From: Alphaproteobacteria bacterium
Lineage (GTDB): Bacteria; Pseudomonadota; Alphaproteobacteria; RF32; CAG-239
DNA: 44,045 nt
Assembly (NCBI GenBank): GCA_017480995.1
Contig: JAFUQJ010000022.1
Span: 1-44,045, forward strand
Direction of reading: 5' to 3'
The position numbers and the translations under genes were made by a program. Below, piece by piece: positions 18,224 to 27,353 of this stretch; within the stretch, counting starts at the first letter, position 1, and each line of letters opens with the position of its first letter. Under the pieces are notes generated by a model. The model was not told where the DNA came from and did no database searches. It worked only from the letters and a program-made list of their open reading frames with translations.

Positions 18224-18883
18224 ATGAAAAGTAACTTTTTTTTGCGAGTTATTATCGTCCTTTTGGCGGTTTGGACCGCCGTTCCGGCACAGGCTGCGGC
18301 GGTTTCGCCGGCGCAGGCGCGGGAGTGGGCCGAGAAAAACGGCCGCCTGCTGCTGGAGACGTTCCGCGAACCGGACTTGCGGACGCGCTATCGCAAACTG
18401 GATGATTTGTTTCTCCGTTTTGTGGACCTGGACTACGTTTCGCAGTTTGTTATGGGGCGGCACTGGCGGCGGATGACGCCGCAGCAGCGGCAGACTTACC
18501 TCGGCGTTTTCAAAAGATATGCTTTGGCTTCCTATAAGAGTTTTCCGCTCGATTTTGTGGACGGTCTGACGTACACGGTCGGCAATGCTTTTGAAGAAAA
18601 CGGCTTTACCGTCGTTTCGGCAACCGTTTCCGTCATGTTGGACGCCGAAACCGGGCGGCAGGATTTTCTGCTGCAGTTTCGCCTGCACGAAAACAACGGG
18701 CAGATTCAGCTGGTTGACATTAAGTTTGCCGAGAGCAGTCTGATTTTGTCTTTCCGCAGCAAGTTCAATGCCCAGATTGCCGAGCTTGACGGCGAGATTG
18801 ACTGGTTTTTGGAAGATTTCGAACTGTCGGTGGCCGCCCTTGAGCAGGGCAATCTCCGAAAACTCGGCACCGACGCGGATTGA
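18224..18883 (+). CDS. MlaC/Ttg2D-like phospholipid-binding periplasmic protein
   Basis: Signal peptide, then LDYVSQFVMGRHWRRMTPQQRQTYLGVFKRYALASYKS, which matches the Ttg2D/MlaC core pattern (F..G..WR..T..Q...F...F......Y). Confidence 0.7.
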   Translation: MKSNFFLRVIIVLLAVWTAVPAQAAAVSPAQAREWAEKNGRLLLETFREPDLRTRYRKLDDLFLRFVDLDYVSQFVMGRHWRRMTPQQRQTYLGVFKRYALASYKSFPLDFVDGLTYTVGNAFEENGFTVVSATVSVMLDAETGRQDFLLQFRLHENNGQIQLVDIKFAESSLILSFRSKFNAQIAELDGEIDWFLEDFELSVAALEQGNLRKLGTDAD

Positions 18884-18970
18884 CGCGTTAAAAATATCCT
18901 TGAATTTATGAGATAAAGCCTATAATATCCAAATTCAGTTTTAAGATTCTAAAAACAGGCCTTTTTGTTC

Positions 18971-20293
18971 ATGAATAATATCAAAGTCAGATTTGCGCCG
19001 AGCCCGACCGGCTACATGCATATCGGCAATACCCGCACCGCCGTTTTCAACTGTCTGCTGGCCCGCAAACTCGGCGGCTGCTTTATGTTGCGGATTGACG
19101 ATACCGACGTTGTCCGTTCCAAAAAAGAATACGAAGACGCGCTGCGCGATATTCTGCAATGGCTCGGGATTGTCTGGGATGAGGAAGCCCGTCAGTCCGC
19201 CCGCATGGCGCGTTATGACGAGATTGTCTCCAAACTCAAGGCCGAGGGCCGGGTTTATGCCTGCTATGAAACGGCCGAAGAGCTCGAGATTATGCGCAAA
19301 CGTCTGATGGCCAAAGGGCTGCCGCCGATTTATGACCGCGGCGCGCTGAACCTGAGCCGCGCGGACATCGCGCGCTATGAGGCCGAAGGGCGCAGACCGC
19401 ATTATCGCTTCAAGCTGGAACCCGGCGTTATCGAATGGGACGACATGGTGCGCGGGCACTGCCGGTATGACGCCGCCAATCTGGCCGATCCGGTTATTAT
19501 CCGCGAAGACGGTTCGTATCTGTATCATCTGCCGTCGGTTATTGACGACGCCGATTTCGGCATCACCCACATTATCCGCGGCGAAGACCATGTCACCAAC
19601 ACCGCCTCGCAGGTGCAGATGTTTGCGGCTTTGGGAGCGCCGCTTCCGGTTTTTGCGCATCTGCCGCTTTTGACCGGCAGAGAGGGAAAACTGTCCAAAC
19701 GCCTGGGTTCTCTCGGCGTGCGCGAGCTGCGTGCCGAAGGCGTTGAGGCAATGGCGATAGTTTCTTTTCTGGCCAAACTCGGAACTTCGGAGGCGATTGA
19801 GCCTTTTTATGACTGGGAAACCCTGGCGCAGACGCTGGATTTGAATAAGCTCGGCCGCGCGCAGCCCAAGTTTGACGAAGAAGAACTCAAGACGTTTAAC
19901 ACCCGTTACATCCGCCAGATGCCTTATGAAAAAACGGCCGGCCGCACCGGCGTCGACAAAGATTTTTTTGACGCGGTCAAAGGCAACCTGACTGTCCTTG
20001 CCGATATTGAGGAATGGAAAAACATTTGTCATCAAAAAGTTAAACCCGTGATTGAAGATAAGCCTCTAACTGATTTGGCGGCCGCGCTTTTGCCGCCGGA
20101 GCCGTGGACCGCGGAGACCTTTAATCTCTGGCTGGCGGAAGTCAGGGCGCAGTCCGGCAAAAAGGGAAAAGAGCTTTTTCATCCCCTCCGCAAGGCGCTG
20201 ACCGCCGCCGAAAACGGTCCCGAACTCAAAACCCTGCTGCCGCTCATCGGCCGCGCCAGAGCCTATGCCCGTCTCTTGGGGCAGGAAGCCTGA
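18971..20293 (+). CDS. gltX: Glutamate--tRNA ligase
   Basis: VRFAPSPTGYMHIGNTRTAVFN (HIGH-type motif), the GEDH region IIRGEDHVTNT, and KLSKR (KMSKS-type motif). Confidence 0.95.
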   Translation: MNNIKVRFAPSPTGYMHIGNTRTAVFNCLLARKLGGCFMLRIDDTDVVRSKKEYEDALRDILQWLGIVWDEEARQSARMARYDEIVSKLKAEGRVYACYETAEELEIMRKRLMAKGLPPIYDRGALNLSRADIARYEAEGRRPHYRFKLEPGVIEWDDMVRGHCRYDAANLADPVIIREDGSYLYHLPSVIDDADFGITHIIRGEDHVTNTASQVQMFAALGAPLPVFAHLPLLTGREGKLSKRLGSLGVRELRAEGVEAMAIVSFLAKLGTSEAIEPFYDWETLAQTLDLNKLGRAQPKFDEEELKTFNTRYIRQMPYEKTAGRTGVDKDFFDAVKGNLTVLADIEEWKNICHQKVKPVIEDKPLTDLAAALLPPEPWTAETFNLWLAEVRAQSGKKGKELFHPLRKALTAAENGPELKTLLPLIGRARAYARLLGQEA

Positions 20294-20320
20294 TTTTTGC
20301 AACTTATTAGGACAACAGAC

Positions 20321-21694
20321 ATGACGACAATTTCGCTTTTTAATACGCTGCACCGCCGCAAGGAGGAATTCAAACCGATAGACGCTTCCAACGTGCGCAT
20401 GTATGTCTGCGGTCCCACCGTTTATGACCGCGCTCATCTCGGCAACGCCAAAACGCCGGTGGTGTTTGACGTCTTGAACCGCCTGCTGCGCCATGTCTAC
20501 GGCAGCGGACACGTTACTTATGTGTCGAATATTACCGACGTTGACGACAAGATTTTGAACAAGCATAAGGAAACCGGCAAATCCATTCGCGAGATAACCA
20601 AACAGACTTATCGGTGGTATGTCGACGATATGGCGAAACTCAACGTTATGGCGCCGGATTATCGTCCGCGCGCGACCGAATATATCAATGAAATGATTGA
20701 ACTGGTTAAGCTGCTGCTGCAAAACGGCCATGCCTACGAAGCCGAGGGGCACGTTTTGTTTGACGTCGATTCCATGCCGGGCTACGGCTATTCGTCCGGC
20801 CGCTCGATGAAAGAGATGCTGGCCGGCGCGCGTATCGAAGTAGCCGATTATAAGAAAAATCCGGCCGATTTTGTTTTGTGGAAGCCCTCCGAGGCGGACC
20901 AGCCGGGCTGGGACAGCCCCTGGGGCTACGGCCGCCCTGGCTGGCACCTGGAATGCTCGGCAATGAGCTCCAAACTGCTCGGCAATTCGTTTGATATTCA
21001 CGGCGGCGGCTCCGATTTAATTTTTCCGCACCATGAAAACGAGTGCGCTCAGTCTATGTGCGCGCATCCGAATGACACGTTTGCCAACTATTGGGTGCAC
21101 GGCGGCATGCTGATGGTCGACGGCGTCAAGATGAGCAAGTCGCTCGGCAATTTCTACACCATTGACGAAGTTCTGGAAAAAGCGCCGGCCGAAGCGCTGC
21201 GTCTGCTGTTCCTGACCACGCATTACCACCAGCCATTCAATTTTACCTTTGAGGGACTGGCGCAGGCCAAGGCGACTTTGGACAAGTTTTACAACGCTTT
21301 GCTGCGTGTCAAAGACGTCGCGGCGGAGCCCCGTGTCGACGAGCGCGTGGCCGAGGCTTTGGCCGATGACATGAACACGCCGCTGGCGCTGACGTATCTG
21401 CATGAATTGTCCGGCCGGCTCAATAAGGCCGAAACGCCGGAAGAACAGGCCGAATGCAAAGCTCTGTTGCAGGGCAGCGCCGATTTGCTCGGACTTTTGT
21501 TCCAATCGCCCGAGGAATGGTTCAAAGGCGGCAGCGACGACGAGGCCGCCGCGATTGAAGAGCAGATTGCCGCCCGCGCTCAGGCCAAAAAAGACAAGAA
21601 CTGGGCGCTGGCCGACGAAATCCGTAACCGGCTCAAAGAGCAGGGCATTATTCTGGAAGATACCCCGCAGGGTACGACCTGGAAGAAAATCTGA
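20321..21694 (+). CDS. cysS: Cysteine--tRNA ligase
   Basis: MYVCGPTVYDRAHLGNAKT, WHLECSAM, HGGGSDLIFPHHENE, KMSKSLGN. The ATG at 20321 has an AGGA RBS 8 nt upstream. Confidence 0.95.
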   Translation: MTTISLFNTLHRRKEEFKPIDASNVRMYVCGPTVYDRAHLGNAKTPVVFDVLNRLLRHVYGSGHVTYVSNITDVDDKILNKHKETGKSIREITKQTYRWYVDDMAKLNVMAPDYRPRATEYINEMIELVKLLLQNGHAYEAEGHVLFDVDSMPGYGYSSGRSMKEMLAGARIEVADYKKNPADFVLWKPSEADQPGWDSPWGYGRPGWHLECSAMSSKLLGNSFDIHGGGSDLIFPHHENECAQSMCAHPNDTFANYWVHGGMLMVDGVKMSKSLGNFYTIDEVLEKAPAEALRLLFLTTHYHQPFNFTFEGLAQAKATLDKFYNALLRVKDVAAEPRVDERVAEALADDMNTPLALTYLHELSGRLNKAETPEEQAECKALLQGSADLLGLLFQSPEEWFKGGSDDEAAAIEEQIAARAQAKKDKNWALADEIRNRLKEQGIILEDTPQGTTWKKI

Positions 21695-21712
21695 CGTCTG
21701 CCTCACCTCATA

Positions 21713-21746
21713 AAAGTCCCGCCGGAATTTCAGCGGGACTTTTATT
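21713..21746 (+). terminator. Rho-independent terminator after cysS
   Basis: A 10 bp stem pairs aaagtcccgc with gcgggacttt and runs into TTTTATT. Confidence 0.7.
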
Positions 21747-21757
21747 GTCTATAATTG

Positions 21758-21786
21758 TTGTTTATTTGTCCAAAATATGCTATAAT
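21758..21786 (+). promoter_or_regulatory. Putative promoter with a conserved spacer (copy 2 of 3)
   Basis: TTGTTT, spacer ATTTGTCCAAAATATGC (17 nt), then TATAAT. The spacer matches the 42562-42578 spacer at 16 of 17 positions. Confidence 0.45.
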
Positions 21787-21899
21787 CAAATTTATAGCAA
21801 AGAATTATTTATATTTATTGGGTGGTAACACGTCCGTAAGCTTTGCACTAAAAAAGATAAAAAACATAAAAACAATATAAATACATAAAAAACTGACTT

Positions 21900-22364
21900 A
21901 TGGAAACAACAACTGTATTAATTGCTGCTGCAATCGTGTCTGCAATCTGCTCCGCCATCATGACCAAACCCGACCGCTATTCTTGGGACGAGCCTTTGGC
22001 TGAATGCCTGCCTTTCGGGCTGATAGCTCTTTGGCTGATGCTTTCAAGCGCTTTCAGCGGTTTCATTGTTTTCAGCGAGAATTGGAAACTTGGCTTAATC
22101 TGCGCCGTTGATTACATCGGGGTGTGGATGCTGGTCAGATATCTGGTTAAACTTCCGGGAAAACGCGAACGCAAACGCGCTGCCGAGAGAGAAAGGAAAG
22201 AAGCGGAACGCAAAGAAAAACAGCGCAATTGCCGTCATAACAACTGGCAGCCTTACGGTTCGCCGCGTTATGACATGGCTTACGGACAAGATCAGGATTT
22301 TATCTGCCCCGACTGCGGAACAATAATCACCCGCTGGCCCGAATGGAGAGGAGATAATAACTGA
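21900..22364 (+). CDS. Hypothetical small membrane protein (154 aa)
   Basis: About three hydrophobic segments are followed by a highly charged helix (KRERKRAAERERKEAERKEKQR) and a C-terminal CRH...CPDC region. There is no SD, and the leader is an AT-rich stretch of ~110 nt. Confidence 0.5.
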   Translation: METTTVLIAAAIVSAICSAIMTKPDRYSWDEPLAECLPFGLIALWLMLSSAFSGFIVFSENWKLGLICAVDYIGVWMLVRYLVKLPGKRERKRAAERERKEAERKEKQRNCRHNNWQPYGSPRYDMAYGQDQDFICPDCGTIITRWPEWRGDNN

Positions 22365-22442
22365 TTTTAAGCAAAGCCCCTGTATCTGAAAAGAGCAGGG
22401 GCTGCGCCGTTTAAACAGACAACAGAAAAACGCCGCAGAATA

Positions 22443-24104
22443 TCATGCCAGAGTTTGAAGATATAGTCTTGACGCTTCCCAGCATTTGGCGGCATCCCAT
22501 CCCAAATGACTGTTTACTCCGGGAATAAAGGCCCATTCCTGCGGCGAACCGAACTTGCTGACAGCCTGATAAGCCTCAGGTTTTTTCCAGGGCAGGGAGG
22601 GCTCGCCGTTTGCCTTAAACGGAATTGTGCCGTCGGCGTTACGGCCGCTGATCGCCGCGTAACAACGCTTGATGAAATATTCCGCTCCCTGCCGGCACAC
22701 GGCCAGAAGTTTGTCTCTTTCGACGGACGAAGGACAGACGCTTTGCAGTTTCAAAACCATTTTGCAATAGGCAATGGCCGCGTAGGAAAGCGGCAGCCCC
22801 CATTGAGCGGAGCTTTTTTCGTCGCAGGCTTGCCGGCGTTCATTAAATCCCCTTGCGGTCGAAGCGTCGTTGTCTTCGTTTTCCTGTCGTCTGATCCAGT
22901 CTTTTTTATCCGCCTTGATTAGGAAATCCCGATTATCGACCAAGATATTATAATTCAGTTGCAAATAGCTGTCACACGAATCAATTTGACCGCTGTCAAT
23001 CTTAAGTCGAAACTGACTGTAGCGTCGCGCGCCAAACCGTCCGAGCAGGTTTTTCTCAAACAGTTTCAGAAGTTCAAGACGTTTTTTTACGTCTTCCGCC
23101 GGGATGTCGTCCAGGGGCAGATACGCAGCGGCCAGCATGACGGATGCGGCGTCAACGCGATTGGTGCAGCCGCGGAACTCGTCAAGATAATGGCGGCGGA
23201 TGACGGCCAGAGACTTCTGACAATAGGAGCGCAGTTTATCGGGGCGTCGTATAAGCGGTGTACGGCGAAATTTGCGGCAGAGTCTGTCTTCTTCCCGAAC
23301 CACAAGGTTATAATTCGCGTCGGAAAGAGCAGCCGCCATTTTTTGTACGCTTTCAAAAGCTGCGATAATACAGGCGCAATCCCAGTTGGAGCCTTTGGGA
23401 AACGGAATTTCTTCCCACGGTCCGCAGGTCTGCGGAGAGATTCCGAGGCAATAGAGATAATGCGTCAGATAAATGACCGACTTATACAGCGTCTGCGGAA
23501 GCGGAACGGATTGTCCGGCATATTCTTTAAGCAGCTCCGCGCAGAGCCGCAGCAGTTCCGCGTGAGATTCTATACGCTGGTGAACAAACCATTTTTTGTC
23601 TCTGTAAAGTTTGCCGGTATTGGAACGCTGCCAGAAAACATGGGCAATGCCCAGGTTCTTCTTAAAATCTGCAGGGCAATTCAGAACACGGCCGAACGCC
23701 TGCATTTCGGTTCTGCTCAGATAGGCTTCCGCGGTTTTGATTAGGCAGTTTTCGTATTTGTCGGGATATTTGTGCTTGATGAGCTCTGCCATACCGGCAT
23801 TGTCTCGGGGCCATTTGCGTGTCATGTGTCTGGCTCCGGCAGCCAGCGTAACACAGGGAATCCCGTGGCAAAATTCCAAATCAAAAACACCTTTGCTGTC
23901 TGCCAGCGCAAAAAGTTCCTGAAACAGCCGCCGGTTTGGTTTTTGCTTTAAAAAAGGCAGGATTTCGGAATTGTTCACAATATAGGGTGAATCAAAAAAG
24001 ACGCCGCCGTTCAGAACCGTGCGGCAGTTTTCATAGGTGTCTGCCTCTTTCATTGCGTTAATCGTTTTTTGATAGTCGCATTTAGAGATTTTTGAGGCAG
24101 ACAT
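22443..24104 (-). CDS. GH15-like (glucoamylase / phosphorylase-kinase alpha-beta-like) six-hairpin protein, cytoplasmic
   Basis: KWPRDNAGM (W-x-RD[NS] motif), KWFVHQRIESHAELL, CGPWEEIPF (the WEE acid region of GH15), RVDAASVMLAAAYLP, LLGRFGARRY, AQWGLPLSYAAIAY, LPWKKPEAY and SHLGWDAAKCW. These occur in the same order as the blocks of the phosphorylase kinase alpha/beta GH15-like domain. An AAGGAG RBS lies 8 nt upstream, inside the prfC 3' end. Confidence 0.6.
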   Translation of the reverse strand: MSASKISKCDYQKTINAMKEADTYENCRTVLNGGVFFDSPYIVNNSEILPFLKQKPNRRLFQELFALADSKGVFDLEFCHGIPCVTLAAGARHMTRKWPRDNAGMAELIKHKYPDKYENCLIKTAEAYLSRTEMQAFGRVLNCPADFKKNLGIAHVFWQRSNTGKLYRDKKWFVHQRIESHAELLRLCAELLKEYAGQSVPLPQTLYKSVIYLTHYLYCLGISPQTCGPWEEIPFPKGSNWDCACIIAAFESVQKMAAALSDANYNLVVREEDRLCRKFRRTPLIRRPDKLRSYCQKSLAVIRRHYLDEFRGCTNRVDAASVMLAAAYLPLDDIPAEDVKKRLELLKLFEKNLLGRFGARRYSQFRLKIDSGQIDSCDSYLQLNYNILVDNRDFLIKADKKDWIRRQENEDNDASTARGFNERRQACDEKSSAQWGLPLSYAAIAYCKMVLKLQSVCPSSVERDKLLAVCRQGAEYFIKRCYAAISGRNADGTIPFKANGEPSLPWKKPEAYQAVSKFGSPQEWAFIPGVNSHLGWDAAKCWEASRLYLQTLA

Positions 24105-24109
24105 CTTAA

Positions 24110-25690
<1,581 letters not shown>

Positions 25691-25717
25691 TTTTACATAT
25701 CTTCAAATGATTGACGT

Positions 25718-25757
25718 ACAAAATTGCCTCCTTAATAGAACATATTTTAAGGAGGCA
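25718..25757 (-). terminator. Terminator-like hairpin after the lipoprotein gene, upstream of prfC
   Basis: A perfect 10 bp stem pairs TGCCTCCTTA with TAAGGAGGCA (25725-25734 and 25748-25757). It is followed on the minus strand by ATTTTGT. Confidence 0.5.
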
Positions 25758-25782
25758 CAAGAGTTTTTTTGTGTCCGAAAAG

Positions 25783-27054
25783 CTAAAACGGTGACGAGAC
25801 GTTCGGCGTTGCGGCCGGCGCCGGCGCGTTTTTGACGGTTTCGGTAGTGGTAATCAGGGCGACGGCATCGCCGCCTTTGGTAACGGTGTCAATCTGCGGC
25901 GTAACCGGAATGGTCACTTCCTGAACCGAAGTTTTGACTTCGACAACGTCCGAAGCTGCAGCCGCGGGCCGGGCCGGAGCCGCCGCTTGAGCCGTGCCGT
26001 CGGCGGGCACTGCCTTCGGAGCGCCGCGGTTGATGCCGAGATATTTTTCAATCGCTTTCTTCTCGGCTTCTTTTTCGGAAGAGGTAATCAGATTGAGGTC
26101 ATAAAGCACCTCAAGTTTGCGCAGGTCTTTGGCCGCGTTTAAGATGTCTTTGGACGGTGCCTTGGGTTTCATGCGCGCGCGCGGCGAGGGCGGCAGCAGC
26201 GCTTCGATAATCACGTCGCGCTCGGCCGAAAACTCGCGCGGGGTAATGGCGCGCGATTCAACGCCCTCTTTCAGCACGTCAATCCGTTCGACAATCAGCT
26301 CCGGAGCCGGAACCGGCTGATCGATGCCGGCCGCGCCGGGCGTATTGGTCAGCGGCAGCAGTCCGCCGATGTTGGCCATCCGGCGGGTTAAAAACTCTTC
26401 TTTGGTGATATAGTCTTTTTCGGCCAGCTCCTTTAAGACCAGAAAGCGCGAAATGATGTTCTGTTCCTGCTGCGAAAATAAATTGTCTATGGCCGGCGCC
26501 TTTTTGGCCGGCGCGGGCGCTTTTTTGCGCAGGGCCTTCTTGATGGTGGTTTTGCTTTGGGCGTTGCCGGCCGCCTGAGATATGTTAAAGCTCTTGACAC
26601 CGTTCGGAGAGCGGACAATCAGTTCGCTCTGCTTGATGGTCAGGTTGCGCAGCCGCGTCTTGGCAATGTCGGCAAAGGGCTGCGGCTGGCCGTTGGCGCT
26701 GCCGAGAATGGAGGTGTCGGTGCTGTCGATGATAATCAGGTCTTCGTAATTGGCGCGCGCGCGGTTAAAGCGGCCGAGCTGTTCAGCGGCCAGCGCGCCG
26801 ACCAGAAGCCCCTGCTGATTGCGCGGATTGGCTTTGACGGAGGCGGCCGAAAGTTCAAGCGCTTCCTTGAAGTGTCCCTGCGAATAGGCCATGGTGGCGT
26901 CGGCCGCTTCCTGATTGCCGTCTTTTTCAAATTGGCGGACCAGCCAGTTGGATTCTTTGTCGGTGTCTTTCTTGTCGATAACGGCGCATCCGGCGAGTAG
27001 CGCAACGGCTGTGGTCGAGAGCAGGATTTTCTTGAAAATGCGGGTGCAGGACAC
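25783..27054 (-). CDS. Lipoprotein with an N-terminal TPR-like region and three SHOCT-like repeats
   Basis: A GTG at 27054 is preceded by a GAGGAG RBS (27067-27062, 7 nt spacing). It yields the lipoprotein signal MSCTRIFKKILLSTTAVALLAGC with lipobox LLAGC. The ORF is also open to an ATG at 27087. Confidence 0.8.
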   Translation of the reverse strand: MSCTRIFKKILLSTTAVALLAGCAVIDKKDTDKESNWLVRQFEKDGNQEAADATMAYSQGHFKEALELSAASVKANPRNQQGLLVGALAAEQLGRFNRARANYEDLIIIDSTDTSILGSANGQPQPFADIAKTRLRNLTIKQSELIVRSPNGVKSFNISQAAGNAQSKTTIKKALRKKAPAPAKKAPAIDNLFSQQEQNIISRFLVLKELAEKDYITKEEFLTRRMANIGGLLPLTNTPGAAGIDQPVPAPELIVERIDVLKEGVESRAITPREFSAERDVIIEALLPPSPRARMKPKAPSKDILNAAKDLRKLEVLYDLNLITSSEKEAEKKAIEKYLGINRGAPKAVPADGTAQAAAPARPAAAASDVVEVKTSVQEVTIPVTPQIDTVTKGGDAVALITTTETVKNAPAPAATPNVSSPF

Positions 27055-27101
27055 TGCTTTACTCCTCAAAATTACATAAAGATTCATCAGACTTTGAGGC
27101 T

Positions 27102-27130
27102 ATCTTATAAAAGATTCGGCTACATTACAA
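27102..27130 (-). promoter_or_regulatory. Candidate promoter of the lipoprotein gene
   Basis: On the minus strand: TTGTAA (27130-27125), a 17 nt spacer, then TAAGAT (27107-27102). Confidence 0.3.
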
Positions 27131-27158
27131 TAATTTTGTTTGTACTGTGAATTTGTGC

Positions 27159-27186
27159 TTGATTTATAAAAATAATTATGTAGTAT
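27159..27186 (+). promoter_or_regulatory. Candidate promoter of tRNA-Leu
   Basis: TTGATT (27159-27164), a 16 nt spacer, then TAGTAT (27181-27186), about 30 nt upstream of the tRNA 5' end. Confidence 0.3.
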
Positions 27187-27216
27187 TCAAGCAAATTAAC
27201 CGTTTTTTAACAATCC

Positions 27217-27301
<85 letters not shown>

Positions 27302-27353
27302 TCTTTTCGCCTTTTGCGCGGAAAGATGGGCAACTTAACAAAAAGAAGAGTAA

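Noticed and set aside
18900-18926. TTGAAT-15-TATAAT upstream of gltX as a promoter, also preceded by AAAAATATCC, which resembles the conserved spacer motif.
   Set aside because: The 15-nt spacer is suboptimal, and the motif match is only 10 nt in a different position relative to the hexamers. It is too weak to count as a fourth copy.
25691-25721. A TTGTAC-16-TATGTA promoter-like sequence directly upstream of prfC, suggesting a leaderless prfC mRNA.
   Set aside because: The -10 hexamer ends only 3 nt before the ATG, so a normal TSS would fall inside the coding sequence. prfC more likely depends on read-through or an upstream promoter. The absence of an SD remains unexplained.
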